Assembly: GCF_902713615.1 (NCBI RefSeq)
Contig: NC_052157.1
Coordinates: 17,408,566-17,472,565 of the forward strand
DNA from: Scyliorhinus canicula
Taxonomy: Eukaryota
DNA: 64,000 bases
Direction: 5' to 3'
The stretch's first letter is position 1; each line of letters opens with the position of its first letter. Positions 37,109 to 49,259 of the stretch are shown in pieces. The position numbers were made by a program, and so were the translations under genes. The notes beneath the pieces were generated by a model. The model saw only the letters and a list, made by a program, of their open reading frames with translations. It was not told the origin of the DNA and searched no databases.

Positions 37109-37584
37109 TGTGGTGATATGCATCACTGTAAATACACAAAGGGTTAATGTAAATACATGTAGACTAGATAGACACTAGAGGGAGCACCAGAAACATGACA
37201 CACAGACATTCAACCAATAGGTCAGTAAGATAGGACACGACCAATGGGCATTCATGATACACACAGAGGTGACACTACCACAGGGGGCATTACACCAACC
37301 CATATATAAAGGACACAGCACACATGATCTTCCTCTTTCCAGTGGAGACACTCAGTGAGTACAGACACAGGGTTGATTGAACATCACACCCACCACGTGG
37401 ATTGTAGCAGACTGGTTCGTCAGTCTGAGTAGCTATAGAAGGATTAACAGGAGAGTCGAATCCAAGTAGGAGAATTGTTAATAGCTTAATAAATGTGTTA
37501 AAGCTATCTCCAAGTCTGAACCTTCCTTTGTCAGAGTGCACATCAAGGAAGCAGCTTATTCTACGTCAGGAGCATAACAAAACA
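37109..37584 (+). repeat. Solo LTR with 5-bp TSD
   Basis: TGTGGTGATA...AAAACA; TSD GACCT at 37104-37108 and 37585-37589; TATATAAA and AATAAA inside. Confidence 0.9.
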
Positions 37585-38748
37585 GACCTCTCTCGGTTCA
37601 GTTACCAGTCTGCCTCTGCTGTCCTTTACCTGGGCTATTTCCCTTGTGGCTGCCTGCTTTCTCCGCTGGTGAACCAGTAGGCGGCCAGCATCGTCCCCAT
37701 GTTCGTAGAAGGTCCCCTGTGTCTTGCGGTGTTGGTACACTGTTTTCCTGGTGGATAGCAGGTTAAAGTCCATTTGCAGTTTTTTCCACTCCGCCAGCAG
37801 CTCTGTGGTTGGGGCCTCGGAGCACATTCTGTCAACTTCCAGAATGGAGTCCACAAGCTGCTGCCTGGCCGCCCTCTCCTCCCTATCTCTACACGCTTTG
37901 GAGGCTATGATTTCTCCTTTAATCACGGCCTTCAGTGTCTCCCAAAACGTGGAGCATGAGACCTCCCCATTTTGGTTGTTACTAACGTAATCGCCGATGG
38001 CCTGCGGTGTTTTTCGGCAGAAAGCCTTGTCGGCCAGGAGGTCCGTGTCCAGCCTCCATGTGGGATGTTGGGCCCACCCTGTCTCCAACCTCACAGCCAT
38101 ATAGTGTTGAGCGTGGTCGGGGATAACGATCGCGGAGTATTCCATCCCCGTGATCCCTGGAAGCACCGATTTCCCAACTGCAAAGAAGACGATACGGGTG
38201 TGCACCGTGTGCACGTGTGAGAAGTACGAACACTCTTTTTCCCCTGGACGCAGGAACCTCCATAGGTCCACCGCCCCCATCTGTTCGATAAATGCTTCCA
38301 GTTCCCTCGCCATGCCAGTCTTTTTCCCTGTTCTGGGGTTTGATCGGTCAGTCAGTGGGTCCAGCACGCAGTTAAAGTCGCCCCCCCATAATCAGTCGGT
38401 GTGTGTCAATGTCGGGGAGTGCCATGGTGTTCTTTATCAATTCTGTGTCGTCCCAGTTGGGAGCGTACACATTTACCAGTACGACCGGTGTCCCTTCCAG
38501 GACACTGTTGACCATGACGTACCAGGTGCATCTCTTGCAGGTAGATTATGTCGGCCTTTAGGCTTTTTAAGTGGGCGAAGACTCTGAATCTTTTCACCGG
38601 GCCATTAAGTCCTCTTACATTCCAGGTAACAATCTGGGGGGGGGGGGGGGGGTTTCTGATCCCCCCAGTCTTGCGGCATCAGCCATACCTACCTGTTGAA
38701 CGAGCCCCTGCACTCCGGGGTTTCCCTTTGTTAGGGGGCTGTCCAAAA

Positions 38749-39156
38749 TGTTCACTCTTTTGTTCCCTTACTGCAGTGTGTTTGGTAGCACTACTGTATG
38801 TAACATGCGTTACTCAATCCAGTTGCGGCAGAGGCTTTCTGCACCTTGATGAAGAAGGCTCGAAGTCTTCCAGAGGTATTGAAAGATTTATTGAGTAACA
38901 AAATTTAACAACTGCGTGAGTTCTTACTTTAAGATCAATCCCAGTTGAAAGGTTACAACGTTTATATACAGTAGCTATGTCTGACCACACTATTAGCCTT
39001 GAGCTAGATCAATGCTCCTGCTCTTGTCACAGTCTAATCACCAAGAGGGCAGAGAGCCGCTTGTGTCTGGCTTTTATACCCGCCAGTGCTGCCCCCTAGT
39101 GATCTTTCAATTTCCCATTAACCCCTTATGTACATACTCATGTAAAGATCACTACA
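38749..39156 (-). repeat. Probable solo LTR inside the L1 inter-ORF region
   Basis: Minus strand TGTAGTGATC...AACA, TATAAAA and AATAAA; L1 sequence resumes on both sides; no clean TSD. Confidence 0.6.
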
Positions 39157-41246
39157 GCCACGGTCGCTGCTCTCGCCATGAGATCGGGACCCTGCACCCC
39201 GGGGTTTCCCTTTGTCCAGGGGCACTGAACATGGCCGGCAACTATGTGTACACCACGTGGACGCGCCCCTGCACTCCGAGGTCTCCCTCTGCCAGGGGCC
39301 CTCCCGAGTGGCTGCTTGCAGCGCCATCTTGGTTCCTCACCCTGATCCATGCCTGACGAGGCCTGCGCCTGTTTCGTTGCTTGTCCTTATCAATCCCTTT
39401 GTTCCTTTTCTGTCCTGCACTTCCCCCCTGTCCCCCCTTCCCCCGCAACCTCTTTCCTTCTGTCCCGCCCCTGTATTCTCACCCCTCCCTTTCTGCCCTG
39501 TTCCCCCCCCCCCCTTTTGGCCAGGCGTTCCCTCTTCCCTGAGAGGTGCGCCACAGCCTCCCTTACTCTCTGTCTTCCCGTGCTAGCCCCCCTTGCTAGT
39601 AAAGTGGCTCCGCTCCAAGTGCTTATCTAGCCCTGGCCCCGTTTTACCACCCCTTTCCACCCATTATCTCGCCCCTTTGCCTGCTTTCGCTATCCTCGCT
39701 CCCCTTGCCCTGTTGCCCCTCATCATATTGAGGGAAGAGACGGGCCCGAAAATGAGGCAGCACAGTCCTGCGTAAAAACATAGAAACATAGTTCGGATCA
39801 TGTCTCTATTTGCGGTCCGTCCTCCGCTCTCAGTCTCTTTCCTCTTCTGCCCTTGCCGCTGTCATTGCTGCTGTTTCTGCTCTACCTCTAGGTTGCTCAT
39901 TTTAACAAACTCATCGGGCTCCGCGAGGGTGTTGAAGTGTTCTTTACCCTTATATGACAGCCAGAGTCTGGCCGGGAATAATAAGCCAAATCACACCCCA
40001 TTTTTACAGAGCGCCGATTTCGCTCTATTAAATTCGGCCGTTTTTTGCCAGGTCCGCCCCAATGTCCTGGCACGTCCTGATTCTATGCCCTTTCCACGAG
40101 TATGGCTTTGTCTGGTGCGCCCACCTTAAGATGTTGGAATTGGTGCAGCTTCGCAATTATCGCCCTTGGCTGCTGCCCGGTTTTGGGCTGGGCTGAAGCA
40201 ACCCGTGTGCCCTGTCCATTTCTAGGGGGTTTGGAAAGCCCTCCCTCCCCATGAGCTTGTCCTACATTTGGGCGATGTAGCCCGTTGGATCCCTTCCTTC
40301 TATCCCCTCTGGCAGACCCACTATTCGGACGTTTTGCCTTCTGGACCTGTTTTCCTGGTCTTTCACCTTCCCTTTTAGATTCTCCCGGGCCGCCACCAAC
40401 CTCTTCACCTCGGTTTCCAGAGCCACAATCCTGTCGCTCTGGTCCGTAGATGCTCTCTCCAGGTCCAGGATCGTTCTTTCCTGGGCCTCCACCTTCCGTC
40501 CCAGGCCTTCTATCGTGAGCTGCATGATGTTTATCACCTCTGACATCACCTCCTTCATCACATGGAGCTGCATCCTGATTGCTTCTTTCTAGGCATTCAA
40601 TTCCTTTTTTAATACATCCCTCCATTCGTCCTCCTGTTTGTGTGTGTGTGTGTGTGGGGTGAGGGGGGGGGGTATTGCCGTGTCCTCCTCCTGCTCCACC
40701 ATTCGGCTCGCCGATCTTTCCCCCTCCTGGTTCGACGGGTCTCCGCCTCGCCTGGCCTTTCTGTTTGCCTGCTGTTCCTGCCCTTTTCCTGCCGTCCCCT
40801 CAGTCTATTGTTGGCAGGCGTCTTCTTCTTTTGTGTCCTTTGTGTTGGGGTGGGTTTTGGTCGGCTTTTTGGGCTGAAATCTCTGATAAATTAACTACGT
40901 TGGGTCCGATTGGGAGGAGAGCCCACCGGACGTGCGTCTGCTCAGCACATCGCCGCCACTGGAAGTCCTCAGGATAACTAATTGCCAGTAAACGATGTCC
41001 GTTTGCTTCTTGGGTGGGTTTGAGGACAAAACCCAGTATTTCCTCCATTACAGGAATGCAGCTAGTTACTTATTTTCAATAACTGACCATCAATATTAAA
41101 TCATCACCAATTGGAAAACACACTCTTACAAATCTGTTCCCAATCTCTACTAACAAAGTGACATGCCCAGCTGCGGCAGCTGTCCCACAAATATACTGTT
41201 GTGATAAGATTTAGCCTATCTCAATCTTAATCATTTGAACATACAT

Positions 41247-41420
41247 GGGGCTGGTTTAGCACAGTGGGCTAAACAGCTGGCTTGTAATGCAGAACACGGC
41301 CAGCAACACGGGTTCAATTCCTGTACCAGCCTCCCCGAACAGGTGCCGGAATGTGACGGCTCGGGGCTTTTCACAGTAACTTCATTGAAGCCTACTCATG
41401 ACAATAAACTATTATTATTA
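41247..41420 (+). mobile_element. Short SINE (GGGGCTGGTTTAGC head)
   Basis: Family match to 63048-63225. Confidence 0.8.
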
Positions 41421-41424
41421 TATG

Positions 41425-42010
41425 ATCCTGTCAATCAGGAGCAGTGGACCGTTCGGCCCCTCGAGCTTGCTGCATCATTCAAATAACTAATTTGACTGTG
41501 CGCTCAGTTCCACATTCCACCTACCCCCAGCATCTCTTGACTCCCTTGTTAGTTAAGAATCTATTATCCTCCACCTTGGCAATATTCATTGACCCTCCTT
41601 CTAGAGCTCTCTGGGGAACACTGCCAGAACTTCACAGGAGAAATATTATTCCCATCTCCATCTTAAATGGGAAGCCCCTTATTTTTAAACTCTGCCCCCT
41701 AGTTCTAGTCTCTTCTGCAAGGGGAACATCTTTTCAGCATTGACCCTGAAAATTCCCCTCAGGATCTTATATATTTCAATATGATCACCTAAACTCCAAG
41801 AGATACAGACTCAGCCCATCCAACCATTCCTGCGAGGATAACCATACCACCTCCTTCAGGGGAGTGATCCTTCTCTGAACTGCTTCTGATGCGTTTAAAT
41901 CTGTTCTTAAATCAGACCAAATCCGGTCTCAACTGCACCCTATACAACTGGAGCAAAATATTCCTACTATTCTATTCCACTTCCTTGCAATAACAACCAT
42001 TTGCCTTTCC
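41425..42010 (-). mobile_element. Old CR1 3' fragment
   Basis: Degenerate similarity to the CR1 3' ends at 23.9-24.5 kb. Confidence 0.55.
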
Positions 42011-42056
42011 CCTATTCATTGACCTTTAGCCTCTCATATTCACATTGGGAGAGAAC

Positions 42057-43534
42057 GGACAGAATTCTCCCATCGGGAGACAAACAGCCGACGCCGGAGT
42101 GAAACCCAGAGGGCGCGATTCTCCGCCCCCTACGACGGGTCGGAGAATAGCGGGAGGGCCTTCCCGACATTTTTCCCGCCCTCCCGCTATTCTCCCCCCC
42201 CCCCCCCCCCGCCCAACTCCCGACACGAATCGCTGCCGCCGTTTTTTTACGGCCGGCAGCGATTCACAGCTGATAGATGGGCCGAAGTCCCAGCCCTTTA
42301 CGCTGTTTTTACGAACGGCAAACACACCTGGTCTGGCCGTTTGTAAAAACGGCGGGAACAACTCGCTTTTTATAACCATGGCATCGATTGGCACGGCAGT
42401 ACCACGGCCGTGCCAAGGGTGCCATGGGCCCGCGATCGGTGGGCACCGATCGCGGGCAGCGGGCCCGAAGCCCGCGCACTATTTCTCCTTCTGCCGCCCC
42501 GCAGTATCCATTCGCGGGGCGGCTGAGGGGCATCCCGGCCCGCGCATGCGCGGGTTTCGCGCAAATACGCGATGACGTCATCCGCGCATGCGCGGGTTGG
42601 AGTCTTCCAATCCGCGCATGCGTGGCTGACGTCATATGACGCGTCAGCCGGCGCTAACTCCGGCAAGCGGGCTTAACGAAATTCGTTAAGCCCGTGATGC
42701 CGGAGCTTACGGCGTCGGGCTACTAACCCCGACCGGGGACCAGAATCGGTTCCCGGTCGGGAAGGGGCGCGCTGGCGTCAAACCCGCTCGGGTTTGACGC
42801 CAGCCTTACGATTTCTCCCGTTTTGGGAGAATCGCGCCCAGAGTGTTTCACTCTGGCGTCGGAGGCCGCTCCTTGCCCCCTATTCTCCCCCCCCCCGCCG
42901 AGGGGGGAGGGGGGCTAGGAGCAGCAGCGCGTGAATTCCGTGCACCGGGCCTTGACGCTTGCATCAAAGCAGCGCGCCGGGAATGACGCGGCCGGCGGCG
43001 CCGTAGTGACGTCAGCCGCGCATGCGCAGATAGGCCGGCGCCAACCCGCGCATGCGCGGTTGCCGTCTTCCCCTCCACTGCCCCACAAGACATGGCGGCT
43101 TAATCTTGCGGTGCGGCGGAGGGAAAAGAGTGCGTCTTTTAGAGACGCCGGCCAGTCGATCGGTGGGCACCGATCGCGGGCCTGACATCTGCTGAGCACG
43201 CCCGTGGTGCTCGATCCTCCCTCCGCCCCCCCACAGACCCCACACTCACCGGTCGCACGCTGTTCACGCCGGCAACGACCAGGTGTGGTTGGCGCTGGCT
43301 TGAACCGGTCGGGTTCGGCAGGCCGCTCGGCCCATCCGGGCCGGAGAATCGCTGGTCGCCGTGAGAAATGGCAAGCGGCGATTCTCCGAACGGCCTGTCG
43401 CAAAATGCGACACGCCATGTTGGGGGGGGGGGGGGGGTGGGAGAATCGCGGGGAGTGCCAGGGCGGCGTGGCGTGATTCGCCCGGCCCTCCCACGATCCT
43501 CCCCCCCTGGCTTGGGGTGCAGAGATTCGCGCCC
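42057..43534. mobile_element. Outer GC-rich Harbinger-type MITE
   Basis: Ends GGACAGAATTCTCC and GAGATTCGCGCCC; subterminal palindrome split by the inner MITE. Confidence 0.7.
42111..42839. mobile_element. Inner Harbinger MITE, 729 bp, perfect 14-bp TIRs
   Basis: GGGCGCGATTCTCC...GGAGAATCGCGCCC with 3-bp TSD AGA (42108-42110, 42840-42842). Confidence 0.92.
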
Positions 43535-43546
43535 GTACTTTCTCCT

Positions 43547-43804
43547 GGGCAGCAGGGTAGCACAGTGGTTAGCACTGTGGCTTTACAGTGCCAGGGACCC
43601 AGATTCGATTCCCGGCTTGGGTAACTGCCTGCGTGGATTTCCACCAGGTGCTCCGGTTTCCTCCCACAATACCTGCTGTCCGGTAATTTGGACATTCCGA
43701 ATTTTCCCTCTGTGTACGCAAACGGGCGCCAGAATGTGGCAACTAGGGGCTTTTCACAGTAACTTCATTGCAGCGTTAATGTAAGCCGACTTGTGACAAT
43801 AAAG

Positions 43805-43840
<36 letters not shown>
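43547..43840 (+). mobile_element. tRNA-derived SINE with long (ATT)n tail
   Basis: Head, core and tail; same junction as the SINE at 3784-4090. Confidence 0.88.
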
Positions 43841-44029
43841 AAAGAATTTGCTCTTGCACTACTAATCTGCATTGCACTTTCAGTGAAAGTGGACCATTGT
43901 GGAATTCAGAATCCATGGGTTAATTCTCAAGTCAGTGAGGACTCAGGGGGAAAGGACCACTTAGATTATATGTTTTCCATGCCAAAAGAACTATCATCGC
44001 AAAACATGAGTAACAGGTCACTTGACAAC

Positions 44030-44245
44030 TTACACAATGATTAAACAGAATGTTACACAATCAGAAACGGACTTAGACTTTGGCCTGCCTGATGGATTAA
44101 AGTACAATACTCTTACATTTGTTCATATCTCACCGACTGCCGAATATAAGATTTGCTACAGCGTTTGGTTCGTCTTTATTTGTAAGTGGAAAATTTTCAT
44201 CTCGTGACGAGAAAATTGTAAACTACAAGTTAAAAGTAATCTTTT
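44030..44245 (+). promoter_or_regulatory. Putative promoter and non-coding exon 1 of the plus-strand UGT (copy 2)
   Basis: GTAAGT donor 44182-44187; DR1-like TAGACTTTGGCCT 44074-44086; acceptor TTCTCCAACAG ending 45676 gives a ~1.5-kb 5'UTR intron. Confidence 0.6.
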
Positions 44246-44289
44246 GGCCCTAAAGTGAATAGACAGACTGAGGTGTGATTTTCACCTAT

Positions 44290-45010
44290 GTTTTTATCTT
44301 CTGTGTGCAGACGTCCTAACTACAACCTTCCAAAGTTCTCTTGTTTCAGGAACCGTTCTTTTAGATTGGAAATGGCATAAGAAAGATGAGCGAGGGAAAC
44401 CAGAAAAGTATACTCGGGAAGTTTACAGGAAAATTACTAATGTCCCTTATTAAAGAGAGTGTGACAGACGCCTTTCCAACTTCCAGCTGATCCGTGAGAA
44501 CCAGCATAGATTTCTAAAGGCAAAGTCACACTGACAAAGCTGCTTGGATTTGTTGAGGAGGTAATGAAAATCGTGGATAGTGGAATGTCAATGAATGTTG
44601 TTTAAGGTGCTCAAAAAAGAATAGCTAATCTTGCTGTGAAGCAACACTGCTACCCACTGTGCTACTGTGCCGCCTACATTTACAGTTCATGGAACTGAAA
44701 GCAAATTATTGACTTTGTTCAGAAGTTGGCTGAGCAGCAAGAGATACAGAGCAGTGAAACGGGGCAGGTATCTAATTGCCATGGCTTCTGTGTTGGTGTC
44801 GCAACCATTCGCTGTATTTCTAAATGACTGAAATAGCAGGAGAGTGTGAGAGAGTGAGAGAGAGAGAGATGCCCAAATTTGCTGATGGCACAAAAGTAGA
44901 TAGCATTGTAAAAAGTGTAAATGGAAATTTTAAAATGACACAGATATGTGCATACATTAAACTGTGGCAGATGGATTTCAATGTCGGCAAGTGTGAGGCC
45001 AAACACTTTG
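44290..45010 (+). mobile_element. Ancient CR1 RT fragment in the predicted intron
   Basis: ENQHRFLKGKVTLTKLLGFVEEV, KFADGTKV, WQMDFNVGKCE. Confidence 0.7.
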
Positions 45011-45311
45011 GAGCCGTTTCTCACGGCGACCGGCGATTCTCCGACCCGGATGGGCCGAGCGGCCTGCCGAACCCGACCGGTTCACGCCGGCGCCAACCAC
45101 ACCTGGCCGCTGCCGGTGTGAACAACGCACGTTTCTCACGTAATGTAAGACTACTTGTGACATTAATAAAGATTATATAGAGGGTACCCCAATGATGTGC
45201 TGGGGAATCCATCCAGACCCAATGGGGGACCCTGTACATACAGACGAGCCACCCAGGGGATCCACCACACCATCCCCAACCTGACATGACCACTCCTGCA
45301 AGGCTCGACCG

Positions 45312-45348
<37 letters not shown>

Positions 45349-45701
45349 CCAACCTGACCATCCCCTTGCCAGCCCGAACTGATCCCCCGCCCGCCTGCTA
45401 ACCTGGCCCGATCCCACCAGCCATACCCCCGCCGGTTCAACCCGACTTCCCAGGTCCAGCCTAACTGACCTGCTCCCCAGCCTGAACCGATCCATGTAGG
45501 CCCGAACCAACCACCCCGCTGTTCTGGTCCGACCCGCCCTCCAGTCTGACCCCCTCCAGCTCCGACCCTACCTGCCCACTCCGATCTGACCCGCTTCTCA
45601 ATGGGTTATGCCTGCTCCTTTTTTTACATGTTATTTTACCAAATTTATGCTCTATTTCTCTCAAATTCTCCAACAGAGTCTCAATACCATTTACTCTCAG
45701 A

Positions 45702-47313
45702 ATGAAGTGTTTTGGATGGAAATATCAGTTCCAGGTTGCATTCTCCCTTGGTATCATCATCACCCTGTCTTGTCCCATTACCCAAGGGGCTAATATTTTG
45801 GTTGTGCCTATCGAGGGTAGCCACTGGATCAATATGAGAATCTTAATAGAAGAACTGAGACTTCGTGGACATGACATCACTGTGCTTTTTTACTCAACAT
45901 CTTGGTACATCAAAGAGAGTCCTGATCTCTATCAGTCCATTGTGGTTGAAATGCAAGGATTCCTTGGGAAAAATTCAGATGAAGAATTTATACAGAGTCT
46001 TGTAGAAAATACACTTGGAGTCTTCCAGAAATATGCAACACCATGGACTTTCGTGAAGTTTCAATATGAAATGGCAACTTTTATGCACAGCTGTCATGCT
46101 TGGGGACGAGAATTTAATATTGCGATTTTTGAAAACAAAACTGTTGAAGAAATTTGAAAATGCCAATTTTGATTTAATACTGACCGATCCATTTTTCACT
46201 ACAGGTGCAATGCTTGGGTATTATTTAAAACTCCCAGTAGTTAACAATGTTCGTTTGCACAGTGGTGGAGAAGCTCATTTACTATCTGCCCCATCGCCAT
46301 TGTCCTATGTCCCAATCACCGGCTCAAGACTGACAGATAAAATGAGTTTTCTACAACGAACACAAAATGTACTCCATTGTATTTTTCAACTATACATTTC
46401 AGAATTTTTCACCTACCCGATATACAATGAACTCTGCCGTCGCTATCTGGGCCCCGACACAGATATTGAGACGATTCTCCTGAGAGCAGATGTGTGGCTG
46501 ATGAGAGTTGATTTTATATTTGAATTCCCGAGACCCACCATGCCAAACATTGTTTACATTGGGGGATTCCAGTGTAAACCATCCAAACCTCTCGCAGCAG
46601 AGTTTGAAGAGTTTGTCCAATCCTCAGGGGATCATGGGATTATTGTGATGTCTCTGGGGGCCATTGTCAGCTCTTTGTCATTGCAAATTACAATGAAAAT
46701 AGCAGAGGCCTTTGCTCAAGTACCTCAGAAAGTTATTTGGAGACACGATGGAAAGATCCCTCCAAACATAGGAAATAATACGCTACTGGCAAAATGGATC
46801 CCCCAGAATGACCTTCTGGGGCACCCCAAGACACGAGCATTCATTTCCCATGGTGGCACCAATGGAGTTTATGAAGCCATCTATCATGGGGTGCCAGTAG
46901 TTGGCATCCCTCTGCTTTTTGATCAGTTTGGCAATTTACTCAGGCTCGAAACCCGAGGGGCAGCCAAAGTGATTAATATCGTAGCCATGCAGTCAACAGA
47001 TTTATTACAGGCACTTAACGAAGTCATAAACAACACATCCTATCGGGATAACATGCAGAAACTCTCTGCTCTCCACAGGGATCAACCAGAGTCTCCAATG
47101 GAGAGAGCCATTTTCTGGATTGAGTATGTTGCTCGACACAAAGGTGCTGCTCATTTACGCTCAGAATCTTACCGACTCCCCTGGTATGTTTACTATTGTG
47201 TGGATGTGATGATCCTCCTATTATCTGTGTTACTAATAATTACAGTGTTGACAGTTCTACTGTTGAAAAAACTTTGTAACATCGCTCGAAAGAAAAAGCA
47301 AAAGATTCAGTAA
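45702..47313 (+). pseudogene. UDP-glucuronosyltransferase paralogue (UGT5-like) with one frameshift near 46140; recent pseudogene, null allele or assembly error
   Basis: ORFs 45702-46157 and 46066-47313 join into a 537-aa UGT collinear with the minus-strand gene if 2 nt are restored; PIEGSHW, ILTDP, full UDPGT signature, TM helix, KKKQKIQ. Confidence 0.9.
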
Positions 47314-47747
47314 GATATTTGCTTTTGAATTGGAGCTTTAAAGGATTTCAATTTAAGAATAGATATTTTTAATCCAGTGTCTAATACATTCCTGTCTGAC
47401 TGTCATGAATTTTAATGAAGGCTTTTATGGAAGAACCACAGGAACGGCGTGTCAAAAACAGTAGATACTAACATGGAAATGCTCTACTTGTGTCAAATTC
47501 GATAGGAAAGAAGTATTTTTCAAGCATTTTTCAAAACCAATCATCATATTCGATTGCATGTGATCGAGAACATAAATAAAAATGTGAGACATCTGGAATT
47601 CACTGGCAGGAAAGCCCATTTCACCCCAACCGTTGCATCCATTCTTTTATAGCCAAAGTTCTCCAGCACAGCTCTCCCTGCGTTTCTCAGCATGTTTGAT
47701 CCCTCGGCCACCACCTCCATTCATGTCGGCCATGTCCTGCCAATTTA

Positions 47748-48090
47748 CATAGAATTTACAGTGCAGAAGGAGGCCATTCGGCCCATCGAGTCTGCACCGG
47801 CTCTTGGAAAGAGCACCCTACCTAAGGTCAACACCTCCACCCTATCCCCATAACCCAGTAACCCCACCCAACACTAAGGGCAATTTTGGACACTAAGGGC
47901 AATTTAGCACGGCCAATCCACCCAACCTGCACATCTTTGGACTGTGGGAGGAAACCGGAGCACCCGGAGGAAACCCACGCACACACGGGGAGGATGTGCA
48001 GACTCCGTGCAGACAGTGACCCAAGCCGGAATCGAACCCGGGGCCCTGGAGCTGTGAAGTGATTGTGCTATCCACAATGCGACCGTGCTG
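47748..48090 (-). mobile_element. HE1-like V-SINE in the UGT 3'UTR
   Basis: Near reverse complement of 15136-15481. Confidence 0.9.
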
Positions 48091-48208
48091 CAGAGAATTG
48101 CAGAGAAGTTTCTCTTTGCTGAGTGGCACTGGGCTCCACCGCATAATCAACATAAAGAGCTGGCTTCAGTCACCCTGCTGTGAAGTTCAGGTAGTGCCAC
48201 AACATTAC

Positions 48209-49087
48209 GGGCGCAATCTTGAGCCCACACTTACCGTCCGCAGGATCGGCGGTGGAAATTCTCGCCAGAATCTGGAAATGCAATTCCCGTGGGTGAGATT
48301 GCGTTTTCCGATTTTCCACGCCCCTCGCCGGCGACGTGACGAGATTCACGCCCAGGGCACACACCATACTTGAATAAATTTGAATTGATTTCCATATTAT
48401 TATCCCCTCCCCCCCTCCGCAGCAAATGACCATCCCTCAGTAAATATTCATACTGCACGTCGGCAAGGTTTACAACAGGTTTGGCCAGGCATGAAGCAGT
48501 GGAGGGGATCCATCCAGGGACGCAAAGGTAATTACAACCCCCGGGGAGTGGAGGGTAGAGGGACATGTCCGGGCAGTGCACTAGCGCTGCCCTGGCTCAG
48601 GTAGGCACTGTCTGCTTGGCACAGTCCAACCTGGCACTGCCAGCATCTGCCAGGAGCAGTGCCAAGGTGGTCACTAGTCACTAGGTGGTTGTTATGTTGA
48701 TGTGTAATGGGTGTACTGGAGGGGGAGTGCCGGCTCTGCTTCTGCTGCATTATTGGGGGGGGGGGGGGGGGGGGGGGGTTGCAATGCTTGTGAGAATCTT
48801 CCAGGGCTGGGGGAGGGTGAGTATGCCGGCAAGGATTTCCAGGTGTGGGGGAGAGCACCAGGTACCCCTGTTATGGGGCTGGAGACATTAGGATGCAGCG
48901 CTGATTGGGCGTATGAAGCTCTGCCCTGCTGGAGTGACGGGGTAAACCACAACCACTCATTTTCTTTTCCTTAAGAGGCTCTTGATTCCAACGCTCAAGA
49001 GAAAACTAGTCTGTGCTAGTGGAGAGTCACATACCATTTTTTTTCTTTGAGCCTGGCTCTTTCCCAAATTCTAGTCAAATCCTGCCC
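48209..49087. mobile_element. Older Harbinger-type non-autonomous element
   Basis: Ends GGGCGCAATCT and AAATCCTGCCC, flanks TAC/TAT; interrupts 3'UTR homology. Confidence 0.55.
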
Positions 49088-49259
49088 TATTTCTCAAAAT
49101 GTAAAAAACGTTGGGTGAAACTGTGCCAACCTGGCAGTGCCAACCTGTGCCGGGGCAGCGCAGTGCACTGCCCAGTCATGTCCCTCTATCCTCCACTTTG
49201 GAGTCTTTGAGGAAATAAAGTGTTAATTATCAGACCCATGTGTTATTCTAAGATAGTTA

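Larger units (their letters stand above)
36870..40970 (-). mobile_element. Second L1-clade LINE: 5' end, ORF1, endonuclease and partial RT; internally deleted and 3'-truncated
   Basis: 5' start GGACTTCCAGTGGCGGC like the 15968 copy; ENRSRRQNVRIVGLPEG; AHLKSLKADIIYLQE; [11 protein letters not shown] and SLYADDLL. Confidence 0.88.

Noticed and set aside
42026-43784. Many overlapping Pro/Arg/Gly-rich ORFs (also near 6 kb, 8 kb, 50.5 kb, 59 kb)
   Set aside because: Artefacts of GC-rich non-coding MITEs with few stop codons.
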